Counted from the stretch's first letter, positions 1 through 10,174 are shown. The stretch is DNA of 29,272 bases from an uncultured Fibrobacterales bacterium (GCA_963934255.1 CAWVXU010000027.1:1-29272), one strand, 5' to 3'. The notes: generated from the letters alone by a model not told the origin. Translations and numbers: made by a program.

Positions 1-5
1 GGATG

Positions 6-49
6 AAAAAAAAGACAAAAAAGACAAAAAAAAGACAAAAAAAAAAGAC
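6..49. repeat. Low-complexity tandem (A)n-GAC repeat, 4 units
   Basis: A8-GAC, A6-GAC, A8-GAC, A10-GAC read directly at 6-49. Confidence 0.8.
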
Positions 50-69
50 CACTTAAAAAGTGATCTTTT
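37..69 (-). terminator. Intrinsic terminator downstream of tRNA-Phe
   Basis: Inverted repeat AAAAGACCACTT (43-54) / AAGTGATCTTTT (58-69), with one G-U pair on the minus strand, running into a T10 tract on the minus strand. Confidence 0.75.
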
Positions 70-71
70 AA

Positions 72-144
<73 letters not shown>

Positions 145-155
145 GGCCTGTGAAC

Positions 156-185
156 CAAATATATTAAAGCGATTTGAACTTGCAA
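156..185 (-). promoter_or_regulatory. Putative promoter of tRNA-Phe
   Basis: Minus strand TTGCAA (185-180), 16-nt spacer, TATATTTG (163-156), ending 11 nt before the tRNA. Confidence 0.6.
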
Positions 186-260
186 TAGTTTTGTTGAGTT
201 TATTTAAAATTTTTCATTGTTCTTTTGTCCATCTTGTATTTATTAGGTTAAAGATTTTGT

Positions 261-268
261 TATATTTG
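261..268 (+). promoter_or_regulatory. Putative TAnnTTTG promoter element for menG operon
   Basis: TATATTTG 20 nt upstream of the ATG; AAGGA Shine-Dalgarno-like site follows. Confidence 0.55.
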
Positions 269-288
269 ATGTAAACGAAAGGACCCAC

Positions 289-963
289 ATGGGTGTTCAA
301 ATACGTCGAATGTTTGATGATATCGCGGGAAAATACGACTTCCTCAATCATTTCTTGAGCTTAGGCCGAGATATTTCTTGGCGTAAAAAAGCCATCAGGC
401 AAATTACTCATGAAGGTGATCTGCGTGTTTTGGATCTTTGTGGAGGGACTGGTGATTTTCTTAATGAAGTATCACGAACTTTAGGTTCAATTAATCTTGG
501 AGTTGTGGGTGATTTCTCACATGGAATGCTTTCAGTATCTCAAAAAAAATATCCATTTGAAGTTGTTCAACTCGATGCCATGCAGACCCCATTTGCTAAC
601 GAACAGTTTAATACTGTACTCAATGGATTTGGTATGAGAAATTTAGACGACACGAGAAAAGGTGTTCAAGAAGCAAACAGAGTTCTTGAGAGGGGTGGTT
701 TGTTTATTACTTTGGAATTTTTTCAACCAAGTAATCCCTTCAATTTCTTTTTTTATAAAATTATGGCGCCGTTATTCATTCCATTATTTGGAGCATTATT
801 TAGTGGCAAAGGTGATGCATACGCTTATTTGGTGAGGTCCATCAAAGGGTTTTTAAAAGTACAAGAATATAAAACCTTATGCGAGTCAGAAGGATTCAAT
901 GTCAATAATATCATGCTTTGTGATGGTGGCTTGGCTTATATTGTCGTCGCTGAAAAGGTATAG
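289..963 (+). CDS. menG: Demethylmenaquinone/ubiquinone methyltransferase (UbiE/MenG family)
   Basis: N-terminal MFDDIAGKYDFLNHFLSLGRD..WR, SAM motif VLDLCGGTGD, GDFS..ML, GFGMRN, LEF; adjacent to ubiX and ubiA-like genes. Confidence 0.92.
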   Translation: MGVQIRRMFDDIAGKYDFLNHFLSLGRDISWRKKAIRQITHEGDLRVLDLCGGTGDFLNEVSRTLGSINLGVVGDFSHGMLSVSQKKYPFEVVQLDAMQTPFANEQFNTVLNGFGMRNLDDTRKGVQEANRVLERGGLFITLEFFQPSNPFNFFFYKIMAPLFIPLFGALFSGKGDAYAYLVRSIKGFLKVQEYKTLCESEGFNVNNIMLCDGGLAYIVVAEKV

Positions 964-969
964 GTTTAA

Positions 970-1545
970 ATGAAACATTCAACTCCTAAAAAGTTACCGA
1001 TTGTCCTTGGGGTGACTGGTGCAAGTGGTACTATATACGCTCGGCGTCTAGTAGAAGAGTTAATATCCCAAGATATTCCTGTTGAATTAATTTGTTCTGA
1101 AGCTGGTGAACAAGTAGCTAGATATGAAAAAGAAGTATCTCTATTCAAACTAGTAAGTAAACGTCATGATATAAATAATTATTTCTCTCCATCGGCTTCG
1201 GGTACTGCCAAATATCATGCGATGGTTGTTTTACCCTGTTCAATGGGGACACTTGGAGCCATAGCTTCTGGTACAGGACTAAATTTATTAGTTCGTTCGG
1301 CAGATGTGTTTTTAAAGGAATCACGTCCTTTGATTGTATGTCCTCGTGAGATGCCTTTAAGTAGAATTCACTTACAAAATATGTTGACGCTTCATGATGC
1401 TGGTGCAAAGATTGTCCCTCCAAGTCCCTTCTTCTATTATCACCCTGAAACTATGGATGATCTCGTGAATACAGTTGTGGGCAAAGTTTTAGACCAGTTA
1501 AATATTCCTCATACATTGTTCAAACCTTGGGCACAAAATGATTAA
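970..1545 (+). CDS. ubiX: Flavin prenyltransferase UbiX
   Basis: GVTGASG, ASG, PCSMGTLGAIASG, R.ADVFLKE.RPL..CPRE.P, PPSPFFY..P motifs. Confidence 0.95.
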   Translation: MKHSTPKKLPIVLGVTGASGTIYARRLVEELISQDIPVELICSEAGEQVARYEKEVSLFKLVSKRHDINNYFSPSASGTAKYHAMVVLPCSMGTLGAIASGTGLNLLVRSADVFLKESRPLIVCPREMPLSRIHLQNMLTLHDAGAKIVPPSPFFYYHPETMDDLVNTVVGKVLDQLNIPHTLFKPWAQND

Positions 1546-2383
1546 TCGTTGGATGGAGTTTGTTCGATTCTCTCATACGGTTTTTGCCCTTCCATTTGCA
1601 CTCGCTTCCATGTTTGTTGCTGCAGAAGGTTTGCCATCTTGGAATGTGGTTATTTGGATTTTGGTTGCCATGATGACTGCTAGAAATGCGGCCATGGGTT
1701 TTAATCGTTATATAGACAGAGATATTGATGCTAAAAATCCTCGGACAGAGAGGCGCCACTTAGTGTCTGGTGAGATTAGTACAAAATCAGCGTTAGTGTT
1801 TATCATCGTCAATATTATAATTTTTGTTTTTTCAGCCTGGATGCTTAACCCCTTAGCTTTTACTCTTTCAGTCCCGACAGTGCTTGTTTTAATGTCTTAT
1901 TCATTGTGGAAACGTTTTTCCTGGTTGTGTCATTTCTTTTTGGGTATTGCAATTGGGCTTTCACCTGCGGGTGCTTGGGTCGCCGTTAGAGGTGATTTGG
2001 ATTGGTATCCTGTTGTTTTAGGACTTGTTCTGGCCTTTTGGATAGCAGGATTTGATATGATTTATGCTACTCAGGATCAAGAGGTTGACCAGGATTTAGA
2101 GCTTCACTCAATACCTTCAAGGTTTGGAACTCAGGGAGCGCTCAGATTTGCAGCTGCTTCTCATATTTTGATGCTAATAAGCTTAATTGTTCTTTCATAT
2201 ATGAGGTCTTGGTCCCTTTATTCTTTTCTTGAGCTTGGCTTAATTGGAGGGATATTGCTTTATATTCATAAACTCCGCAAGAGTAACTCTTTGGATGACA
2301 TGAATAAAGACTTTTTCTTAGCCAATGCCGGTATATCTGTTATCATGATGGTGAGCTTGATTAGTGAAACTTTTTTAAATTAA
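1538..2383 (+). CDS. mqnP: UbiA-family polyprenyltransferase, MqnP-type (futalosine menaquinone pathway)
   Basis: FSHTVFALPFA, ARNAAMGFNRYIDRDIDAKNPRT.RR, YSLWKRF, WIAGFDMIYA.QD...D....LHSIP; multiple TM helices; overlaps the ubiX stop. Confidence 0.85.
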   Translation: MINRWMEFVRFSHTVFALPFALASMFVAAEGLPSWNVVIWILVAMMTARNAAMGFNRYIDRDIDAKNPRTERRHLVSGEISTKSALVFIIVNIIIFVFSAWMLNPLAFTLSVPTVLVLMSYSLWKRFSWLCHFFLGIAIGLSPAGAWVAVRGDLDWYPVVLGLVLAFWIAGFDMIYATQDQEVDQDLELHSIPSRFGTQGALRFAAASHILMLISLIVLSYMRSWSLYSFLELGLIGGILLYIHKLRKSNSLDDMNKDFFLANAGISVIMMVSLISETFLN

Positions 2384-2446
2384 CTATCTAAATCTTAGTG
2401 TTTGAACAACCTAGATGTTTAGAATGCTTTTTACCTTGGAAAACTG

Positions 2447-5400
2447 ATGAAAAATTTAAAAATATTCCAAATAATATTTATTCTAATAACATGCATAGTT
2501 TTGAATAATGGCTATGCTTCTATTGAAGATGGCTACCGAGCTTTATTGTCAAATAAAGTAGAAGAAGCAAGGGTCATTTTTACAGAAGAGTCAGATTCAT
2601 TCTTTGATAAAAATAAAGCAAAAGGATATTTAGGTTTAACATTTGTTGAGATGTGGTATCTCAATCAAGATAAAATTCTTGACCTTTGTTTTAAAGCTGT
2701 TGAACTTGATAAAAGCCCGAGAATACTTGATCCATGTGGTGAAAGATTTTATTGGGCAGCTAGATCGGTCAATAGGGAATATCAAGCTAAATTGACAAAG
2801 CTATCAAGAGAGCTTATTCAGAAGTGGCCAGGGGAATCATTTGCTAGTAATCTACTGGGTGAATTAGAAAACTTTTACATTGCCGATGGTGATTTAAAAA
2901 AAGCTCAAAGGGTCGTGAAGCAATTAGGAGTTATTAAAGAATGGAAATACGTAGGTCCTTTTAATAACTCTTCAAATTCATCATTTTATAAAAATTTAGC
3001 TCCAGAAAATGGATTTGATTTTAGTGAAACTTATGATGGTGAAAATGGAATTGAAGTCAAGTGGAACGATTTAAAAGGAGTGGATTATACTCCTTGGGTC
3101 TTTATGGACTTTCATCAGAATATTGAAAAATCAATGAATTATTTTGCGACATCAGTTCATTCTGACAAAGATCAAAAAGTTCTCGTGAGTTTTGGAGTGA
3201 GTGGTTCTTATTCACTGTGGATAAATACTAAAAAAGTTCTAGAAAAATTAAAATTCCAAAATACTGGAATGGATGCTTTTCAAATACCTGTGAAGCTTTT
3301 AAAAGGTCAAAATGATATTCTTTTAAAATTGGGACATTCTGCTGAAAAGCAGTCAAATTTCAGTTTAAGGATTTTAGATAAAAACAAAAATCCGCTCAAT
3401 CTTAAAATAGAGCCCAAGTCGCAAAAAAAAGCTTCACAAAAAGCAGTGAAAATTACTTTATTAGAAAATCCGAATATGAAGTCTTTAAAAGCAGATTCAA
3501 GGAAAGGTAAGCTCGGTGCTTCATTAATACTCTTAAATGAACTTATCAATATAGAAGCTTTAGATGAAGCAATTGCCTTAGCCTCAAAGTTAAAATTAAG
3601 GTTTCCACAGTCCGCTTGGATCAATAATCGCTTATCTGAAATTTATTTTAGACGAGGAGATAGAACTTTAGGGCAGCTCTATATTGATCGCTCATATAGA
3701 GAAGAACCAAATAATGGACAAGCTTGGAACTTTCAATTGAGTCGAATTATGTCTGAAGACAATCCTCAAAAATCCTTAGAGTATATTCTAAAAAAACCAC
3801 AAAAAATGGATTTCAATGGTAGATTACATTTGAAATTACTGCAGGTATATAGCCAGCTTCAGCAGGAAAGAGAAGCACTTGATCTTTTAGATTCAATGGA
3901 AATTTGGTATCCGGGTAATATTGACTTAATGTCTACTGTAGCAAATATGAGACTTAAAATGGGGAATCCCAAAAGGTACAAATCCGTTCTTAAGGGATTA
4001 AGAGAGCATTGGGGATTTCACCCGAATACAGCAGGTATCTTTTTTGAAGAATACATGCGCGATGGCAATATGAAAGAGGCTTCTGCTTTTTACGAAAAGG
4101 TTCTAATTACTAGGCCCAATGCAGCAGGCTATCTATCTAAACTAGCTAGTTTAAATATTGAGCTTGGAGAGTTTGATAAAGCGCTTAAGTTGGCAGATAA
4201 AATGTTAGAAGTTAATCCGTTTTTGACAAAGGCTTTAAATAAAAAAATCCAAATTTATGAAAAGCTGGGGCAAAAAGATTTACTCATTGAAAATTATGAA
4301 AAGCTTTTGAGTATTAACTTTAATGATTTTAAGGCATTGAATAGATATCAAGAACTTTTAGGAGAGGCACCTTGGCCTAGTGCAGTAAAAGAGTTTGATT
4401 TTGAACAATTGAAAAAATCAGCAGCTAAGTGGAAAGATGGGAGAAATAAAAATTCACTCATCCTATTGAATCAATCATCTTTGCTTACTTATCCAAGTGG
4501 AGCTTTTGAAATTTACGAACGAATGATTGTTGAAATATTAGATCAAAAAGGTGTGGATTATTGGAAAGAAACGGACTTATCATATAATTCAAATTATGAA
4601 AATATTAAAATCCAAAAGGCTTTGGTACATAAAATTGATGGTCAAACTTTAGCTGCAGATAAGAACTCTTTATCACTGGTTTTTAAGAACTTAGAACCCG
4701 GTGATTTTATCGAAATAAAATGGAGGAGACAACATTTTTTCTCGGGTCTTTTAGCTAGGAATTTTGAGAACTTCTTTTATTTTGCTCACTTAGTACCGAC
4801 TTTAAAATATTATACTGAAGCGCTCACTCCTTTAGGCAGAGAGTATAAAGTTAAATCAAATCTTCTATTGATGAAGCCAAAGGAATTTCAAGTGTTGGGT
4901 TTAATAGGTAAGAGTTGGGAAAGAAATAATGTTTTAGGGTATAAGCCAGAGGGGCGAGCGGCCAAAGAAGAGGTCGTTTGGCCTTGGGTTCACATCAGTA
5001 GTTTCCCTTCTTGGACTCACATATCCAATTGGTATAAGACCTTGACGACAGATAAAATGGAAATAACACCTGAACTAAAAATACTAGCGGACTCAATTTT
5101 TGTTGGAAAAAAATCTGATGAAGAGAAAGTTAAAGCGGTGCACCATTTCATCACCGAAAAAATCAGATATAGCTCAGTCAGTTTTCGTCAAGCAGGGTAT
5201 ACACCTCAAACTGCATTTAAATCTTTAGCTACCAGGGTTGGAGATTGTAAAGATATGGCAGTTCTTGCAAAGACGTTACTTTCAATTGCTGGAGTCAAAT
5301 CTGATTTGGTCCTAGTTCAAACTAGGAATAATGGTGTTTCAGAAATCCTTCCATCACTAGAGTTTGATCACTGCATACTAAAAACTGACTTTTCTTATGT

Positions 5401-6175
5401 GGATTTTACAGCTCCGAACCACCCCTGGAATGTGCTTCCCAAGCAAGATTTGGGCGCAAGGGCTTTAGTTGTAAATGATGATCAGGAAAACAAGTTGAGA
5501 TGGTTGCCGTTTTACAATGATTCAATAGAATATATACATCGAATAAGTCAAGATACTTTGAGAGTAGATGCGAGCTTCTCTAGATCAATTCAAACTATAC
5601 GAAGTGGGGATGCCGCTGCGGGCTTCAGAGGTAATCTTAAGCACAAAGATGAAGAGGAACTTCGTAAAAACTTAGAAGAGGTTTTAAAATCAAGATTTCC
5701 ATCTGTAGAGCTTGGAAGATATGATTGGAAAGGCCTTGGACATAATGATTCTCTGATGGAGTACAACTATGATTATCAAGCACAAAATGCGGCCTTTAAA
5801 AATTCAAAAACAATCGCACTTCCCATTCCATGGGTAGATGGATTGGATGGGTCTGTTTTAGTGAGAGAAAAGTCACGAAAATACGCAATTCAAGATTGGC
5901 GAGTGGGCTCACTATATGGTAAGCGAGTTCAGGAAATGAAACTTCAATTACCTAAAGGATATGCCGTTTTGGATGCACCTGAATCTATCCAGATAAAAAA
6001 TAAATTTGGATATTATTATGTGACATATGATATCAAAGGTCTTGATGTTGTCGCTAGTCGTCATTTTTATCTCTACCCTAAAGATGTGCAGCCAAAAGAT
6101 TATTTAGCTTATAAAGCTTTTATGGAGCAAGTGGTGACATCCGATAATGGAATTATAATACTCACCTTAGAATAA
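2447..6175 (+). CDS. Exported TPR + DUF3857 + transglutaminase-like domain protein
   Basis: Signal peptide (..NNGYA|S); WKYVGPF-type beta-sandwich insert; helical TPR-like region; LVFKNLEPGDFIE (DUF3857-like); IRYSSV..G..PQ and GDCKD / FDHCI / YVDFT Cys-His-Asp triad; C-terminal ..LPKGY..P...I.NKFG.Y (DUF3858-like). Confidence 0.8.
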   Translation: MKNLKIFQIIFILITCIVLNNGYASIEDGYRALLSNKVEEARVIFTEESDSFFDKNKAKGYLGLTFVEMWYLNQDKILDLCFKAVELDKSPRILDPCGERFYWAARSVNREYQAKLTKLSRELIQKWPGESFASNLLGELENFYIADGDLKKAQRVVKQLGVIKEWKYVGPFNNSSNSSFYKNLAPENGFDFSETYDGENGIEVKWNDLKGVDYTPWVFMDFHQNIEKSMNYFATSVHSDKDQKVLVSFGVSGSYSLWINTKKVLEKLKFQNTGMDAFQIPVKLLKGQNDILLKLGHSAEKQSNFSLRILDKNKNPLNLKIEPKSQKKASQKAVKITLLENPNMKSLKADSRKGKLGASLILLNELINIEALDEAIALASKLKLRFPQSAWINNRLSEIYFRRGDRTLGQLYIDRSYREEPNNGQAWNFQLSRIMSEDNPQKSLEYILKKPQKMDFNGRLHLKLLQVYSQLQQEREALDLLDSMEIWYPGNIDLMSTVANMRLKMGNPKRYKSVLKGLREHWGFHPNTAGIFFEEYMRDGNMKEASAFYEKVLITRPNAAGYLSKLASLNIELGEFDKALKLADKMLEVNPFLTKALNKKIQIYEKLGQKDLLIENYEKLLSINFNDFKALNRYQELLGEAPWPSAVKEFDFEQLKKSAAKWKDGRNKNSLILLNQSSLLTYPSGAFEIYERMIVEILDQKGVDYWKETDLSYNSNYENIKIQKALVHKIDGQTLAADKNSLSLVFKNLEPGDFIEIKWRRQHFFSGLLARNFENFFYFAHLVPTLKYYTEALTPLGREYKVKSNLLLMKPKEFQVLGLIGKSWERNNVLGYKPEGRAAKEEVVWPWVHISSFPSWTHISNWYKTLTTDKMEITPELKILADSIFVGKKSDEEKVKAVHHFITEKIRYSSVSFRQAGYTPQTAFKSLATRVGDCKDMAVLAKTLLSIAGVKSDLVLVQTRNNGVSEILPSLEFDHCILKTDFSYVDFTAPNHPWNVLPKQDLGARALVVNDDQENKLRWLPFYNDSIEYIHRISQDTLRVDASFSRSIQTIRSGDAAAGFRGNLKHKDEEELRKNLEEVLKSRFPSVELGRYDWKGLGHNDSLMEYNYDYQAQNAAFKNSKTIALPIPWVDGLDGSVLVREKSRKYAIQDWRVGSLYGKRVQEMKLQLPKGYAVLDAPESIQIKNKFGYYYVTYDIKGLDVVASRHFYLYPKDVQPKDYLAYKAFMEQVVTSDNGIIILTLE

Positions 6176-6214
6176 ATTATGCTTAATAATTTTGAGTGAT
6201 ACTCTTGGGGAATC

Positions 6215-6252
6215 AAAAAAGTCTCACATGATTTACTTGTGAGACTTTTTTT
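6215..6252. terminator. Bidirectional intrinsic terminator between convergent genes
   Basis: AAAAAAGTCTCACA-N9-TGTGAGACTTTTTTT perfect inverted repeat with A and T tails. Confidence 0.9.
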
Positions 6253-6274
6253 GTATTGCATAGATCAAAAAAAC

Positions 6275-7054
6275 CTAATTCAATAAATCTTTCAAAAGCC
6301 CGGCACCTTGACGCATCAAAGATTCACCTACAAGGACAGCTTCTACCTCAGCTTTAAGAATTTGGCGAATATCATCAGCCGAAGAAATTCCACTTTCACT
6401 TACTGTTATGTGAGTCTTAGGTATTATCTGGCGTAGTCGAAATGTCGTTTCAAGTGAAGTTTCAAAAGTTCTTAAATTCCGGTTATTGACACCAATGATG
6501 ATGGCTTCATTATCAAGCGCACGTTTGACTTCATCTTCACGATGAGTTTCAACTAAAACATCAAGCCCAAGATCCAAAGCAAAACGATGTAATCTAAGAA
6601 GCTCACTGTCCTTTAAACAATCAACAATTAAAAGTATTGCCGACGCACCCCAAGCCTTGGCCTCAAGAATTTGGTATTCATCCAAAATAAAGTCTTTACG
6701 AAGACAAGGTGTTTCAAAGTTTGCTGTAATCTCTTGAAGGAATTCAGGTGCTCCTTGGAAAAACTTTTTGTCAGTGAGAACTGACATACAGTGAGCGCCG
6801 TTCTGAGCATATATTTCGGCAGTTTTCATGTGATTAAAGTTGGGGTCAATCACTCCTTTGGAAGGAGATGCTTTTTTGACTTCAGCAATAATTTTAATTT
6901 TTTTATAATCTGGGTTAATCAGTGCGTCTTTAAAAGAGGCTCGAACTTTTGCAAGCCCCGCTTCTTTTTCAATTTGAGTATAAGACTTTAAAGAAATTGC
7001 TTCTTTAATCTCGATCAGTTTGTGAGCACAGATTTCATCTAATATATTTGCCAT
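6275..7054 (-). CDS. trpC: Indole-3-glycerol phosphate synthase
   Basis: IIAEVKKASPSKG, SVLTD..FFQG, LRKDFI.DEYQI.EA, LVETH, IGVNNRNL.TF, VSESGI, LVGESLM. Confidence 0.97.
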   Translation of the reverse strand: MANILDEICAHKLIEIKEAISLKSYTQIEKEAGLAKVRASFKDALINPDYKKIKIIAEVKKASPSKGVIDPNFNHMKTAEIYAQNGAHCMSVLTDKKFFQGAPEFLQEITANFETPCLRKDFILDEYQILEAKAWGASAILLIVDCLKDSELLRLHRFALDLGLDVLVETHREDEVKRALDNEAIIIGVNNRNLRTFETSLETTFRLRQIIPKTHITVSESGISSADDIRQILKAEVEAVLVGESLMRQGAGLLKDLLN

Positions 7055-7055
7055 G

Positions 7056-8075
7056 TTAGTTTCCGAAGGAATTAGTTTTTGTAATCAGGTCTTTAAGTTT
7101 TTTAAGTGCTTGACCTTCATCAATTGATTTGGTGGCGGCTTCTAATCCTTCTTCAAAAGAACTTGCTAGTCCACTCGTTAATATTGCAGCAGCAGCGTTC
7201 AGGATAACGATATCACGACGAGGAGATAACTCACCTTCAAAAATTTTACGAATAATACCCGCATTCTCATCAGGTGTGTTTCCAGCTAAATCTTTTGGCT
7301 GACAAAATTCAAAACCATAGTCTCTAGGATCAAGTTCAAAGTTATTGTGCATACCATGACTATACTCAGAAACTTTGGTGACAGCACACAAGGAAATCTC
7401 ATCAATCCCATCTAATCCATGAACAACCCAAACATGATCAGCCCCAAGATTAGCCAGCACTTCGGCTAGAGTTTCTGTCAATCCGCTATCAAAGACGCCC
7501 ATCACTTGACGTTTGGCTCCTGCTGGGTTTGTGAGTGGCCCAAGGACATTAAAAATCGAACGTTGCCCAATTTCTTTACGAGGGCCAATAGCGAACTTCA
7601 TAGCGCCATGAAGCATCGGTGCAAACAAAAACCCTATACCTATGTCATCAATACATTGGCCCACTTGATTTGAGTTGAGCTCTAAATTGAGACCTAAACT
7701 GTTGAGGACGTCAGCACTGCCACATTTTGAGGATATCGATCGATTGCCATGTTTGGCAATCGGTACTCCCGCGCCGGCGGCGACGAATGCAGAAGCAGTC
7801 GAGATGTTGAATGTTCCACTAGAGTCACCACCTGTGCCACAAGTGTCAACAAGTTCTTGCCTATGTGTTGGGATGGGAGTCGCCTTAGCGCGCATGACAG
7901 TTGCCGCTCCAGTAATTTCTTCAATGCCTTCGCCACACATACGCTGTGCAATGAGGTAGGCACCTATTTGAGCATCAGTAGCTGATCCACTCATAATTTG
8001 TTCGAAAACTTGTACCGTTTCATCTATGCTTAAATGTTGAGCATTGATGAGTTTCCCAATGGCTTTTACAATCAT
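7056..8075 (-). CDS. trpD: Anthranilate phosphoribosyltransferase
   Basis: DTCGTGGD..GTFNIST, AKHGNRSISSKCGSAD, FLFAP.LH, FNVLGPLTNPA, VHG.DGIDEIS. Confidence 0.97.
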   Translation of the reverse strand: MIVKAIGKLINAQHLSIDETVQVFEQIMSGSATDAQIGAYLIAQRMCGEGIEEITGAATVMRAKATPIPTHRQELVDTCGTGGDSSGTFNISTASAFVAAGAGVPIAKHGNRSISSKCGSADVLNSLGLNLELNSNQVGQCIDDIGIGFLFAPMLHGAMKFAIGPRKEIGQRSIFNVLGPLTNPAGAKRQVMGVFDSGLTETLAEVLANLGADHVWVVHGLDGIDEISLCAVTKVSEYSHGMHNNFELDPRDYGFEFCQPKDLAGNTPDENAGIIRKIFEGELSPRRDIVILNAAAAILTSGLASSFEEGLEAATKSIDEGQALKKLKDLITKTNSFGN

Positions 8076-8084
8076 GATTTTTCC

Positions 8085-8678
8085 TTAAGATGCCGAAGGC
8101 GAGGTTGAAATTTTCAAAAAGTTTTTGATCATCGTCTTACCATGATCCGTTCTGATTGACTCCGGGTGAAATTGAAGCCCGTATAAAGGGCGATCGATGT
8201 GCTCCATTGCCATTATGAGTCCGTCTTCAGTCTCTGCTGTAATTTTGAAACAATCAGGGATTGTTTCTTTTTTTACAATTAAAGAATGATATCTGGTAGC
8301 AATGAAATTTTCACCCATATCCTTAAACATAAGTGAATCTGTTCCATTAATAATATTCATCTGACTGACCTTACCATGCATCAAATAAGGAGCACGAATA
8401 ACATCACCACCAAAGGCTTGCGCCATAGATTGATGACCCAGGCAAACGCCAAGAAGTGGAATTGTTGGAGGACAATTTTTGATGAGCTCTACACTAATTC
8501 CGGCTTCGTCTGGAGTGCGAGGTCCAGGACTGATAACAATGTGTTTAGGCTTTAAAGCCAAAGCTTCGGCCACAGTGATTTTATCATTTCTAAAAATTTG
8601 AATATCTGGATTAATCTCACCGAGATATTGAACCAAATTGTATGTGAATGAATCATAATTATCAATGACTAAAATCAT
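8085..8678 (-). CDS. trpG: Anthranilate synthase component II (glutamine amidotransferase)
   Basis: IDNYDSFTYNL, ISPGP, GVCLGHQ, RYHSL, QFHPES; located between trpE and trpD. Confidence 0.95.
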   Translation of the reverse strand: MILVIDNYDSFTYNLVQYLGEINPDIQIFRNDKITVAEALALKPKHIVISPGPRTPDEAGISVELIKNCPPTIPLLGVCLGHQSMAQAFGGDVIRAPYLMHGKVSQMNIINGTDSLMFKDMGENFIATRYHSLIVKKETIPDCFKITAETEDGLIMAMEHIDRPLYGLQFHPESIRTDHGKTMIKNFLKISTSPSAS

Positions 8679-10174
8679 GAGAAACTCCTTAAGTTTTTCA
8701 CTTCTTGGATTGCTTTAAAGAGAGCTCCTGCCTTGTGAATCGTTTCCATGTATTCAGAGTCAGGGTCCGAATCTGCTACAATACCAGCACCCGCTTGAAT
8801 ATGGGCAGTTTTGTCCTTCATGACCATGGTACGAATGGCTATACAACTATTAAGATTACCACAGAAATCACGATAGCATATTGCTCCGCCATAGATACCA
8901 CGACGAAGCTCTTCAAGTTCATCAATAATTTCCATCGCACGAATTTTAGGTGCCCCACTTAAAGTCCCTGCAGGGAAACAAGCAAATAAAGTATCAAGTG
9001 CATCCATATCGCCTTTGAGCTGACCTTCAACGGTTGAAACAATATGCATGATGTGAGAATATTTTTTAATGCCCATAAATTCAGTCGGTTTGACAGAGCC
9101 ATATTCTGAAACACGGCCGAGATCATTACGACCAAGATCTACAAGCATCAGATGTTCTGCAAGTTCTTTTTTATCAGCAAGTAATTCAATCTCTAAAGCT
9201 TTGTCTTCTTCAGGAGTTTTACCACGGGGTCTAGTTCCGGCTATAGGCCGAGTTGTGATTTTACCTTGAGCGTCTTTTTTAGCGAGTAGCTCAGGAGAAG
9301 CGCCAACAACTTCTAGTTCTCCAAACTTAAGATAGAACATATAGTCAGATGGATTAATAGTGCGAAGACTACGATAGATATCTAAGGCAGAACAACCAGG
9401 TTCTATGCTAAAACGTTGTGACAGAACAATTTGAAATGCGTCACCGGCTGTGATGTAATCTTTACATTTGTTGACAGCTTCGTGATAACGTTCACGAGTG
9501 AAATTTGAACGGCGTTCACTCGGTTCACCAGGGTGAAGGGAGTGCTCAGCATGCGGTAGAGGAGCTCGTAAAATTTCTTCTAATTCATTAATTTTAGAGA
9601 GTGCATTGTCGTAAGCAGTTTGCTCATCATGAAGGTCTTGACGAGCATTTGAAATGAGCGACATCTTATGAGTCACGTTATCAAATACTAAAAAAGTATC
9701 GTAGAATCCAAATGCAATGTCTGGTAAGTTGAGCTCGTCTTTGCCCTTGGCTGGGATTGCTTCAACATATCTTACTGCGTCGTATGCAATATAGCCAACA
9801 GAGCCTCCGATAAAGGGGGGAAGATCGGGAAGTGCTTTTCCTTGATAATCCTGATAAAGACTTTTTAAGATATCTAATGCATTACCTTCAAGAATTTCAT
9901 TGCGCTCCCCTTTGAGGGTGACTTGATTCCCCCTTGATTCAAACTCTAGAAATGGGCTCGCACCAACGAAGGTATAACGACTGTTGAGACTAAGAAAACG
10001 ATCACTTTCTTCAGATCTTTCAGCCGACTCTAAAATGAAACAATTATCACCTTTTGCTTTCAATTTAATCAGAGCGCTAATAGGGGTCTCAATATCCGCA
10101 AGAAAATCTTTTCTCACTGGAACGAGCTTACCAGCTTCTGCATACTTTTGAAAATCTTCAAAACCTGTTGTCAT
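8675..10174 (-). CDS. trpE: Anthranilate synthase component I
   Basis: ILES, GDAFQIVLSQR, ASPE, PIAGTRPRG, AEHLMLVDLGRND, FPAGTLSGAPKIRAM, IAIRT, QAGAGIVADS; ATGA overlap with trpG. Confidence 0.96.
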   Translation of the reverse strand: MTTGFEDFQKYAEAGKLVPVRKDFLADIETPISALIKLKAKGDNCFILESAERSEESDRFLSLNSRYTFVGASPFLEFESRGNQVTLKGERNEILEGNALDILKSLYQDYQGKALPDLPPFIGGSVGYIAYDAVRYVEAIPAKGKDELNLPDIAFGFYDTFLVFDNVTHKMSLISNARQDLHDEQTAYDNALSKINELEEILRAPLPHAEHSLHPGEPSERRSNFTRERYHEAVNKCKDYITAGDAFQIVLSQRFSIEPGCSALDIYRSLRTINPSDYMFYLKFGELEVVGASPELLAKKDAQGKITTRPIAGTRPRGKTPEEDKALEIELLADKKELAEHLMLVDLGRNDLGRVSEYGSVKPTEFMGIKKYSHIMHIVSTVEGQLKGDMDALDTLFACFPAGTLSGAPKIRAMEIIDELEELRRGIYGGAICYRDFCGNLNSCIAIRTMVMKDKTAHIQAGAGIVADSDPDSEYMETIHKAGALFKAIQEVKNLRSFS

